From NCBI RefSeq assembly GCF_000091665.1, contig NC_000909.1, forward strand, positions 706,049 through 730,710: a stretch of 24,662 nt of DNA, in the 5' to 3' direction. The notes below the pieces were generated by a model that worked only from the letters and a program-made list of their open reading frames with translations, was not told the origin of the DNA and did no database searches. Below, piece by piece: positions 1 through 7,671 of this stretch (positions are counted from its first letter, which is position 1; the number at the start of each line of letters is the position of its first letter). The stretch comes from Methanocaldococcus jannaschii DSM 2661. Its GTDB lineage: Archaea > AGJL01 > Methanococci > Methanococcales > Methanocaldococcaceae. Made by a program: the position numbers and the translations under genes.

Positions 1-35
1 CTATATATGCTGATTTATCTTTATTCATAACTACT

Positions 36-62
36 ATATATAGTTTTCGAAAACTTTATATA
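36..62. promoter_or_regulatory. Near-perfect palindrome (core AGTTTTCGAAAACT, 42-55) flanked by TATATA tracts, upstream of the cyclase-like gene
   Basis: The 14-bp core is its own reverse complement. The flanks (ATATAT / TTATATAT) extend the symmetry with one mismatch per arm. It lies about 70-90 nt upstream of the ATG at 131. Confidence 0.3.
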
Positions 63-130
63 TATGTGGATTGAAGAGGTATATATACTTAATGAAAATA
101 CATTTAAATATATAAAACTGAAGTGAAAAT

Positions 131-691
131 ATGGAAATCTTAGATTTAACTCAAACTCTAATCAATTTTCCGTATCCTGGAGACCCAGAACTGAGAATTA
201 TTGAGAAAAAGATAGATGGGTTTATAGTATCAGAAATAATCATGGGTTCTCATCTCTGCACACACATAGATTATCCAAAACATGTTGGATTGGAAAATAG
301 GATTCCATTTAAAGATGGAATTATTAAGGGAAAAGGGTATTGCATATCTTTAGATGATTTTGAAAGAAATAAATTACCCGCATGTGACATTTTGTTAATC
401 TATACCGGATTTTCAAAATATTGGGGTAGAGATGAATATTTTGAGAAAATTCCAGAAATACCATTTTTAGATGATATTATTAAAAGCAACATAAAATGTG
501 TTGGTATAGATGCTTGCACAATTGGTGGATTTGAGGAGCATAAAAGGCTCTTATCCAATAATATTTTAATTATTGAAAATCTAAATGAAAATCTGAAGAA
601 TTTAGTTGGTAAGAGTTTTTATTTTTTAGGACTACCTTTGAAGATATTTGACATTGATGCCTCACCTATCAGATGTATCGCTATTTTATAG
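131..691 (+). CDS. Putative cyclase / arylformamidase-like metal hydrolase
   Basis: 186-aa ORF. GSHLCTHIDYPKH fits the HxGTHxDxPxH-type His/Asp signature of the putative-cyclase (kynurenine-formamidase-like) family. There is an AGTGA SD-like motif just upstream of the ATG. Confidence 0.6.
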   Translation: MEILDLTQTLINFPYPGDPELRIIEKKIDGFIVSEIIMGSHLCTHIDYPKHVGLENRIPFKDGIIKGKGYCISLDDFERNKLPACDILLIYTGFSKYWGRDEYFEKIPEIPFLDDIIKSNIKCVGIDACTIGGFEEHKRLLSNNILIIENLNENLKNLVGKSFYFLGLPLKIFDIDASPIRCIAIL

Positions 692-897
692 TCATTTTCA
701 AAACTATTCACAATTTATTAAGGAATGGATATAAAAGCCCCTTGGTTTTTATAAATGCCTTTTAATACAGAACTTTTTAAAATGACTATGGATTTCTTTT
801 AGCCTATATTTAATTTTTGATATTGGCTATTAAAAAATATAATATCATTGATAATACTTATTTATGGCTATTTACTACTTAGAACCAAATAGATAAT

Positions 898-905
898 TTT
901 ATATA
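898..905 (+). promoter_or_regulatory. Candidate TATA box (TTTATATA) for hmd
   Basis: Archaeal TATA-like octamer 62 nt upstream of the hmd ATG, preceded by an A-rich BRE-like stretch. A GGTGA SD sits at 958-962. Confidence 0.35.
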
Positions 906-955
906 TTACCAAACATAACAATAATATTACCAAAGTCACTCACAATATTAACAAA
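903..955 (+). repeat. Three phased direct repeats ATATTA(C/A)CAAA starting at 903, 924 and 945 (exact 21-bp spacing)
   Basis: Read directly: ATATTACCAAA (903-913), ATATTACCAAA (924-934), ATATTAACAAA (945-955). The first copy overlaps the candidate TATA box. All three lie between the TATA box and the hmd start codon. Confidence 0.6.
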
Positions 956-966
956 AAGGTGAGAGG

Positions 967-2043
967 ATGAAAATAGCAATCTTAGGAGCTGGATGTTACA
1001 GAACCCACGCAGCAGCAGGAATAACCAATTTTATGAGAGCTTGTGAAGTTGCTAAAGAAGTAGGAAAACCAGAAATTGCTTTAACACACTCTTCTATAAC
1101 CTATGGAGCTGAGCTTTTACACTTAGTTCCTGATGTTAAAGAAGTTATTGTTTCAGACCCATGCTTTGCTGAAGAACCAGGATTAGTTGTTATTGATGAA
1201 TTTGACCCAAAAGAAGTCATGGAAGCTCACTTATCTGGAAACCCAGAGAGCATAATGCCAAAGATTAGAGAAGTTGTTAAGGCAAAGGCAAAAGAGTTGC
1301 CAAAACCACCAAAGGCATGTATCCACTTAGTCCATCCAGAGGATGTTGGTTTAAAAGTAACATCAGATGATAGAGAGGCAGTTGAGGGAGCAGATATTGT
1401 AATTACATGGTTACCAAAAGGAAACAAACAGCCAGACATTATTAAGAAATTTGCAGATGCAATTCCAGAAGGAGCTATTGTAACCCACGCATGTACAATC
1501 CCAACAACAAAGTTTGCTAAAATCTTTAAAGACTTGGGAAGAGAGGATTTAAACATCACCTCATACCACCCCGGATGTGTTCCAGAGATGAAGGGACAAG
1601 TTTATATCGCAGAAGGTTATGCAAGTGAAGAGGCAGTTAATAAATTATATGAAATAGGTAAAATTGCAAGAGGAAAAGCATTTAAAATGCCAGCTAACTT
1701 GATTGGTCCTGTCTGTGATATGTGTTCAGCAGTTACAGCAACAGTTTATGCTGGTTTATTAGCATACAGAGATGCAGTTACAAAGATCTTAGGAGCTCCA
1801 GCTGACTTCGCTCAGATGATGGCTGATGAAGCTTTAACACAAATTCACAACTTAATGAAGGAGAAGGGAATAGCAAACATGGAGGAGGCGTTAGACCCAG
1901 CTGCTTTATTGGGAACCGCTGATAGTATGTGCTTTGGTCCATTGGCAGAGATCTTACCAACTGCTTTAAAGGTCTTAGAAAAACACAAAGTAGTTGAAGA
2001 AGAAGGAAAAACAAAATGTGAAATAATGTCTCAAAAGGAATAA
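967..2043 (+). CDS. hmd: H2-forming N5,N10-methylenetetrahydromethanopterin dehydrogenase ([Fe]-hydrogenase, Hmd)
   Basis: 358 aa. The N-terminal Rossmann-like MKIAILGAGCYRTH is present. The IVTHACTIPT motif places Cys at residue 176, the Fe-ligating Cys of M. jannaschii Hmd as I recall it. The sequence is recognised as jHmd (MJ0784). Strong GGTGA SD. Codon usage is visibly GC-richer than neighbouring genes. Confidence 0.95.
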   Translation: MKIAILGAGCYRTHAAAGITNFMRACEVAKEVGKPEIALTHSSITYGAELLHLVPDVKEVIVSDPCFAEEPGLVVIDEFDPKEVMEAHLSGNPESIMPKIREVVKAKAKELPKPPKACIHLVHPEDVGLKVTSDDREAVEGADIVITWLPKGNKQPDIIKKFADAIPEGAIVTHACTIPTTKFAKIFKDLGREDLNITSYHPGCVPEMKGQVYIAEGYASEEAVNKLYEIGKIARGKAFKMPANLIGPVCDMCSAVTATVYAGLLAYRDAVTKILGAPADFAQMMADEALTQIHNLMKEKGIANMEEALDPAALLGTADSMCFGPLAEILPTALKVLEKHKVVEEEGKTKCEIMSQKE

Positions 2044-2100
2044 ATAAAGGGATAGGTAAAATTTAAATCAAAATAAATTGTAATTTAACTTAATTTCTAA

Positions 2101-2113
2101 TTTTTTATTTTTT
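2101..2113 (+). terminator. Oligo-T termination signal downstream of hmd (T6-A-T6)
   Basis: TTTTTTATTTTTT lies about 58 nt after the hmd stop. Archaeal RNAP terminates at oligo-T tracts. A second T7-GC-A7 palindrome is at 2176-2191. Confidence 0.4.
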
Positions 2114-2312
2114 ATAAGATAATTTTTCATTTTTTCTATAAAAATTCATTAAAAAATTTACAGGAAAATTGTTTCTTTTTTTGCAAAAAAATACATTAAA
2201 AATATTAAAGTCAGAAAATATTAAAAATTATTATTAATATTAATGCAAAATAAAATATAAAAGTGTGAAATATACTTATAAAATAAGTAAAGTAAAAATA
2301 TCTGGTGATTTA

Positions 2313-3392
2313 ATGGTATTTGGAAAAATTGAAGAAGAGTTTAAAGAATTTTTAGAAAGTAGAAGAAAATATAACGAATTTATAAAAAATGGGCTTATAG
2401 ATGAAGATGAGGCATTAAAATTATTTAAAATAGACAATTGGAGAGATTATTTAAAGCTATTTGACATTGCCTCAAGGGTTAGGGATTATTTTAAGAAGAA
2501 GATTGAGATCACATCAACAATTCACATAACCAACATCTGCCATGTGAATCCTAAATGCTTATATTGCGGTTTTGCTGCCGGAACTTCAAAAGAGGGCTAT
2601 TATGAGCCGTTTAGATTAACAGATGAGGAGATAAAAAAATCAGCAATAGCCATTGAAGAGAGTGGGATAAAAAGAGTTAGTTGCTCTTCTGCACATGGTT
2701 ATCAAGGAAAAGAAGTAATAAGAGCTTTAAAGATAGTTAAAAAATACACAAACTTGGAAGTTTTAGTTAATGCAGGGGCTGATTTAACAGAGGAATCTAT
2801 TAAAGAACTTAAAAAATATGGAATTGATACAATATGTTGTAATTTAGAAACAATAAATGAGAATCTTTTTAAAAAGGTTAAGCCGGGAGAGGAGTTGGAA
2901 GATAGAATAAGGGTTTGTAAATTAGTTAATAAATATGATATTGAGTTATCTACTGGCTTATTGATTGGTATTGGGGAGAGTTATGAGGATAGAGTAGAGC
3001 ATTTATTTTATTTAAAAAATGAGTTAAATGTTGGGGAAATTCCAATAATGGGTTTCAACCCTTACAAAGGAACTCCTATGGAGAATCATCCAAAATGTTC
3101 TGCTTTGGAGCAGGCAAAGACGATAGCTATAACAAGGCTGATATTTCCAAATATAAGGATTACATCACCAACACCAACTATAGGGGCTGAGTTGGTGCAG
3201 TTTGCATTATTTGGAGGGGCGAGTAATGTAGCAACGGTTATTCCTAAAAATCATCCAATGAACGTAAAGGGAGTTGGAAATCCAAAAACTGGGAATTTGG
3301 AGGAAGTTGTTAAGATGATTATGGATTTGGGATTAAAGCCAAAGTTGGATTGGAGAAGGTATGAGAATTATTTGAAGATTTATGGAAAATAA
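2313..3392 (+). CDS. hcgA: Radical SAM enzyme HcgA (BioB-like; FeGP cofactor biosynthesis)
   Basis: The Cys motif CHVNPKCLYC is CX5CX2C, the atypical spacing reported for HcgA rather than the canonical CX3CX2C. The rest of the protein is BioB/HydE-like and the gene sits directly downstream of hmd. The ORF is open from GTG 2265, but ATG 2313 is preceded by GGTGAT (2303-2308), so 2313 is preferred. Confidence 0.85.
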   Translation: MVFGKIEEEFKEFLESRRKYNEFIKNGLIDEDEALKLFKIDNWRDYLKLFDIASRVRDYFKKKIEITSTIHITNICHVNPKCLYCGFAAGTSKEGYYEPFRLTDEEIKKSAIAIEESGIKRVSCSSAHGYQGKEVIRALKIVKKYTNLEVLVNAGADLTEESIKELKKYGIDTICCNLETINENLFKKVKPGEELEDRIRVCKLVNKYDIELSTGLLIGIGESYEDRVEHLFYLKNELNVGEIPIMGFNPYKGTPMENHPKCSALEQAKTIAITRLIFPNIRITSPTPTIGAELVQFALFGGASNVATVIPKNHPMNVKGVGNPKTGNLEEVVKMIMDLGLKPKLDWRRYENYLKIYGK

Positions 3393-3951
3393 TAAGTGTG
3401 GAACTATGAGGGGAGAAAGTGTTTATTTAGCCTATCCATTTATCTTAGGTAGTGTAATATTTGTTGAATTTTTTATTTTTGGCTTAGTGTATCTAACATT
3501 CGGATTAGGTCTAAAAACAATAATCATAACTTCGGGAGTCATTTTGATATGTTTATTGCCGATTTCCATTATTTTAATTAGATTATTTATTAAATCAATT
3601 GCTGGAAAAAATAAAGGAAAATTAATTAAAAAATACACAAAATTAAAGATTTTAAATAAAAAATATAAAATTTTGAAAGTTTTATTGTTTATTGTTGGGA
3701 TTAATTTTTATCTTTTTGGAAACTTAGTATCATTAAACATAAATCCATATACTAAATTTGTTTTATATTCGATTTCTGCGTTTTTTATAATTATTTCAAT
3801 AGTTGTTGGAGATGTTATTGTAGAATTTTATGAAAATGGGGTTTTTATTAATCCATTGGGCTTTTATAAATGGGGGGAGGTTGGTAAAGAGGATTTAAAT
3901 GATAGGCTGATTTTAAAGATTGATAAGTTGGTGATAGAATGCAAGAGGTAA
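3382..3951 (+). CDS. Polytopic membrane protein with a C-terminal PH-like (bPH/DUF5673-like) soluble domain, paralog 1 of 3 in this window
   Basis: Has several hydrophobic helices and a Lys-rich loop. The C-terminus YENGVFINPLGFYKWGEVGKEDLNDRLILKI shares a motif with the ORFs at 12958 and 20935. The start is uncertain: ATG 3382 overlaps the hcgA stop, and ATG 3406 is the alternative. Confidence 0.6.
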   Translation: MENNKCGTMRGESVYLAYPFILGSVIFVEFFIFGLVYLTFGLGLKTIIITSGVILICLLPISIILIRLFIKSIAGKNKGKLIKKYTKLKILNKKYKILKVLLFIVGINFYLFGNLVSLNINPYTKFVLYSISAFFIIISIVVGDVIVEFYENGVFINPLGFYKWGEVGKEDLNDRLILKIDKLVIECKR

Positions 3952-4028
3952 ATAAATTTTTTGGGGGTTTATAGCTGAAAGAAATCAAAAAGAGATAGTT
4001 TTGAATAAAACAGTTGATACGTGGAACT

Positions 4029-4574
4029 ATGAAAATTGGAATAACAAAGATGTATAAAGAGATTGCTGATTTGATAGGTTTGGAAGAGTATGAGATAGTT
4101 AATCCCTACAATACCAAAGTTGATTGTGATTTTTTAATTATATCTAAGGGATATAAGGAGAGAGTTAAAAAGCTAAATCCAGAATCGGAGATTTTTGAAG
4201 TTAAATCAGCAACTTTTATGGATTTAATTAAGAGTTTAGAAGAATTAAAAAAATTAGGCATAGGAAAGGAAGGAAAAATAGATAAATCAATAGAATTCCT
4301 AAAAAATAAAGAAAAAGAAATAAAAAAATTGGTTAAAGATTTGAATGTAAAAGTTAATCCAAAAACAGAGTTTATTAGAAAGGTTGTTGAAGATTTAGGC
4401 TTAGAAATCTCTGATAATGGTATTTTAATAATTCCAGATTATTTGTTTGATGGGAAAAATATAGAAAACATTATAATCTTAAAAACACACAACTATGATT
4501 TAGGGTTAGTTGAGAGGATTGAAGATAGATATCTGCAAATTATACAATCGATTCAGAAATACCTCAATAAATAA
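4029..4574 (+). CDS. Uncharacterised soluble protein embedded in the hmd/hcg cluster
   Basis: The ORF is open from TTG 4014; the first ATG is at 4029 (MKIGITKMY...). No TM segments and a Lys/Glu-rich central helix. I recognise no catalytic motif. The alternating beta-alpha pattern is vaguely like small periplasmic-binding-protein folds, which is weak inference only. Confidence 0.5.
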   Translation: MKIGITKMYKEIADLIGLEEYEIVNPYNTKVDCDFLIISKGYKERVKKLNPESEIFEVKSATFMDLIKSLEELKKLGIGKEGKIDKSIEFLKNKEKEIKKLVKDLNVKVNPKTEFIRKVVEDLGLEISDNGILIIPDYLFDGKNIENIIILKTHNYDLGLVERIEDRYLQIIQSIQKYLNK

Positions 4575-4584
4575 ATGCTAATGG

Positions 4585-4680
4585 AAGAGGCATCATCGAG
4601 TGAAACGAGATGAGTAATGAAATTCCAAGGGAATTTCATCTGATTGCCGAGCAAAGCGAGGCAATGCATCCATTTTGATC
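4585..4680 (+). repeat. GC-enriched structured element, long copy. Shares its 5' end AAGAGGCAT and 3' end GCAATGCATCCATTTT with the element at 24623-24662
   Basis: Starts 11 nt after the stop at 4574. Contains a perfect 10-bp hairpin ATGAAATTCC-AAG-GGAATTTCAT (4617-4639) flanked by GAUGA (4609-4613) and CUGA (4640-4643). A second hairpin is ATTGCC/GGCAAT (4643-4648 / 4660-4665). It ends in ATCCATTTT. Confidence 0.55.
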
Positions 4681-4723
4681 AACCTTTCTTAAAAGGTTGT
4701 TATAAATAAATTGAGGGATTTTT

Positions 4724-6238
4724 ATGAGAGAACTCATTAAAGAGGCAGTTAATAGCTTAGATTCAGCATTAGAGCTAAGAAAACTGATTATAAAAAAACT
4801 AAATGAGAAAAAATTAAAAGAAAGCGACATAATTGAGATTGTTGATGCAGTTGATGATTTATCCTTGGAAGAGATTCAAAAATTGGGTAGTAATTTAAGA
4901 ACATTCCCAATGGGGTGTGATTTGGTTGAGATTGCTGTGGGGCCGTGTTCATCATCATTAACATTAATTCAGTTTATTGAAAATTGTATATTAACCGATT
5001 ATATGGGATTTCCAATTCATATATGCAGTTATGCGGTAGCAGATATTGCTGAAAAAGAGGGTTTAAAGCCAATAGAAGTTTTAAAAATGGTTTTAGAAAA
5101 TGTTGATGTGCCAATAGATATAGACCACTTTGGAATGTATGGACCTATGAGGTTTCCAAAGGAGATAACTCACTGTTATGGGGATTGTTACTTTAAAGGA
5201 CCACCATTTAAAGGTTGTCCAAGAAATAGAATTCATAAGAGATTGATAGAGAAGGAGAAAGAGCATGCAGATGAATTTGAAGATTGGATAAAGTTAGCAT
5301 CAACCCTCTGTATAAATGTTGTTGAGGAGCAGGGTGGAGAGGAGCATGCAGCTCCGTTAGAAGAGATGAAGATTGTTGCAGAGACAGCTAAAAAGTATGG
5401 TAAGGGATTAGAAGGCATTTTCCACATTGGAGATGGATATGATGATTTAATAACTGGAATTAAAGCATGCATTGATTTAGATGTTGATGTGTTTGTTGTT
5501 GAAGGTGCTCCATTTAATAGGGCTAAGAATAGGTTGAAGGCTTTTGCTAAGGCTATAGCTGTCTCAAGGATTTTGGTTAAAGGAGGAGTTGTGGCAACAA
5601 ATGGAGCTTATGAGGATGAATGCAGAGTTGGTTTAAGGAGTGGGCTAAATACAATATTAACTGGCTTTCCATTAAATCATCATGGGTATATGTGCGGCTA
5701 TAGCCCAAAAACTGCAAAGAGAGGGAATTTTGGATTGAGAAGAGTTATGAGAATAATTAAAGAGGAAATAAGAGCAGGAAATGTCAATGCAACATTTATT
5801 GATAAAGATATGGTTAAAGCAATTGCCTTAGGAAATAGGTTTTTGAAAGGGAATATTTACCCTTACAGCATTGGAGGGTTTTATTTAGGAGATGCACACT
5901 GGGCGGCTATAAAGGAGAGTAATTTATGCAAAAAATTGAAGATAAATAAAACTATTGATGATATTTCAGCTGAAAAGGTTGGATTGATTGGGGGGAGATA
6001 TATAAGTTGGGCAATTGCTGAAAAAGCAGAGGAGGTTTATATTTCAGATACTGATAGTTGGGTGGAGAAAGCCACTATCAAAATTTTAAATGAGGCAGGA
6101 ATCAATGCTTATCCATGCAATGGAGATGATAAGAAGGTATTAGAGGCAGATAAAGCATATATAACAACCTTTATCCCAAATATTGCCTTGAAGATATTAA
6201 ATAAGCTTAGAGATAGTAAGGTTGAGCTTTTGATTTAA
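4724..6238 (+). CDS. hcgG: HcgG-like protein (hmd co-occurring gene; large N-terminal domain plus C-terminal Rossmann/fibrillarin-like domain)
   Basis: 504 aa, GAGGGA SD, clustered with hmd and hcgA. Cys-rich patch HCYGDCYFKGPPFKGC. The C-terminal VGLIGGRYISW...VYISD segment has a nucleotide-binding-fold pattern. The assignment rests on context plus my recollection that HcgG is about 500 aa and lies near hmd/hcgA in M. jannaschii. Confidence 0.55.
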   Translation: MRELIKEAVNSLDSALELRKLIIKKLNEKKLKESDIIEIVDAVDDLSLEEIQKLGSNLRTFPMGCDLVEIAVGPCSSSLTLIQFIENCILTDYMGFPIHICSYAVADIAEKEGLKPIEVLKMVLENVDVPIDIDHFGMYGPMRFPKEITHCYGDCYFKGPPFKGCPRNRIHKRLIEKEKEHADEFEDWIKLASTLCINVVEEQGGEEHAAPLEEMKIVAETAKKYGKGLEGIFHIGDGYDDLITGIKACIDLDVDVFVVEGAPFNRAKNRLKAFAKAIAVSRILVKGGVVATNGAYEDECRVGLRSGLNTILTGFPLNHHGYMCGYSPKTAKRGNFGLRRVMRIIKEEIRAGNVNATFIDKDMVKAIALGNRFLKGNIYPYSIGGFYLGDAHWAAIKESNLCKKLKINKTIDDISAEKVGLIGGRYISWAIAEKAEEVYISDTDSWVEKATIKILNEAGINAYPCNGDDKKVLEADKAYITTFIPNIALKILNKLRDSKVELLI

Positions 6239-6253
6239 AATTTTGATTTTGAG

Positions 6254-6576
6254 ATGGTGAAGTTAATGGATATTGATGAATTTCTTAATTATCTATCTAA
6301 TGCTACAAAGGAAAATTTTAAGAAAACCAAACACTTTGAAATTAGAATTGAACTTAGAGAAGATAATATACCAAATGAAGAAGAGCTATTTGAAATTTTA
6401 ACTAAAAATAAACCAGTTGGGATATTAAAGCAGAAGGATGATAAATTTTTAAGGTATATTATGAGTTTGATGAAAAACATGATGTTGTTGTAGTTATGAG
6501 CATAAAGTCAATTGAACCATTGCAAATAAATTTAATTACAATATTTCCACAAGATAGAAAAAGGAGGGAAAAATAA
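6254..6576 (+). pseudogene. DUF4258-like (toxin-like) gene interrupted by a 1-nt frameshift in a T-run near 6446-6450
   Basis: Frame A (6254/6266-6493) reads ...KTKHFEIRIELREDNIPNEEELFEILTKNKPVGILKQKDDKF and then continues as implausible sequence. Frame B is open from 6445 and reads (F)KVYYEFDEKHDVVVVMSIKSIEPLQINLITIFPQDRKRREK. It stops at 6574-6576, overlapping the next ATG (TAATG). The likely start is ATG 6266, with GGTGA at 6256-6260. Confidence 0.55.
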
Positions 6577-6926
6577 TGAAAGTTAAAATAGATTACGATT
6601 ATGAAAATGATAATTTGTTAGTTTATAAAGAGGGGGCAAAATCTAAAAAAACTTTGGATTTAGATGATATTTTAATCGATTTTGATGAAAATGGTGATGT
6701 TGTAGGAATTGAAATTCTTAATGCTTCAAAACTATTTAACGTTGATAAGTATGATTTACTTAAAAATCTTATTAAATTTGAGGCAGTTGGTAAAATTACT
6801 AAGGATTTGATAACTTTAAACATAAAACTATATCTATTAAGAAGGAAAAAAGAAATTATTAAAGAATCAGTTGTTAAAGGACTAAATACTATTGGATTAA
6901 AAGAGGGAGAGGTTGTAATTGGGTAA
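6576..6926 (+). CDS. DUF2283-like small protein (putative antitoxin-like partner)
   Basis: YDYENDNLLVY...DFDENGDVVGIEILNAS matches the characteristic DUF2283 pattern (YDxxxDxL...D.d..G.ivGIEIL.AS). Strong AGGAGG SD. The start overlaps the upstream frame-B stop. Confidence 0.6.
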   Translation: MKVKIDYDYENDNLLVYKEGAKSKKTLDLDDILIDFDENGDVVGIEILNASKLFNVDKYDLLKNLIKFEAVGKITKDLITLNIKLYLLRRKKEIIKESVVKGLNTIGLKEGEVVIG

Positions 6927-6960
6927 ATAAAATAAAAAAATAAAAATATAAGGGGTTTTT

Positions 6961-7650
6961 ATGAATTGGAAGGGACATACAATCTTAGGAATTATCTTTG
7001 GATTGCCTTTTATCTCCTCACCAGAACAGATATTTTTAGCTTTAGCTGGAGCCTTGTATCCAGATTTAGACCATGATGTTAAGGAGGATATTGTTAAAAG
7101 AGGGCTTTTAATATCTGGAGGGATTGTTTTTATAAATATTTTACTGTATTTTTTTGATAAACATCTATTTAATGTTGATTTATTTATTTTGGGGGTTTTA
7201 ATTCTTCTAATATACTTAATTCCATATTTTTCAGATCATAGAGGTTTAACACATACATTTTGGTCTCTGTTATTTGTATCCTCTATTTTGGGATATTTAG
7301 CTTACAAACTCTCATTTATCTCATCAGTTTTTGCTGGACTGATATCTCTATTAATGGTTACCAATGAGGTTTTACTTGGTAGAGTTATGATTTTTGCTGT
7401 GTTTGCATGGGCTGTTTTGGATATTTTAAATCCAAATATAAATGTTAATGGAGCTTTATACTATATACTACCAGTTGTTTTTGGATATTTATCTCATTTA
7501 GTTGGAGATACAATGACACCAGCTGGGGTTAGGGCTTTTTATCCACTATCTAACTATAAATTAAGAAAAAAAGAAGGGTATATTTTAGTGGCAATATGGG
7601 CTTTAATGGCAGTTTATGTTTGGAAATATATGATTTTATCATTACTTTGA
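6961..7650 (+). CDS. YdjM/DUF457-type membrane-bound metal-dependent hydrolase
   Basis: Polytopic membrane protein with N-terminal [19 protein letters not shown] and HLVGD motifs, all typical of the YdjM family. Confidence 0.65.
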
Positions 7651-7671
7651 TAAAATGCAAATAAAAATAAA

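Noticed and set aside
1227-2014. Two minus-strand ORFs (1227-1559 and 1778-2014)
   Set aside because: Both are antisense to hmd, a confidently identified and highly biased gene. They have no SD or promoter context and give implausible protein sequences.
2196-2260. AAAATATTAAA-type repeats upstream of hcgA, considered as relatives of the hmd phased repeats
   Set aside because: They are pure A/T low-complexity sequence with irregular spacing (16 nt). They cannot be distinguished from background promoter-region composition.
3398-4032. Identical 12-mer GTGGAACTATGA at 3398-3409 and 4021-4032, each containing a candidate start ATG
   Set aside because: By a rough estimate, exact 12-mer repeats are expected several times by chance in 24.6 kb of AT-biased sequence. 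There is no extended similarity around them. At most this is weak support for ATG 3406 as an alternative start.
4636-4830. 64-aa minus-strand ORF spanning the GC-rich element and the hcgG-like start
   Set aside because: It overlaps the 5' end of a well-supported plus-strand gene and a structured non-coding element. The sequence is low-complexity Ser/Phe/Leu.
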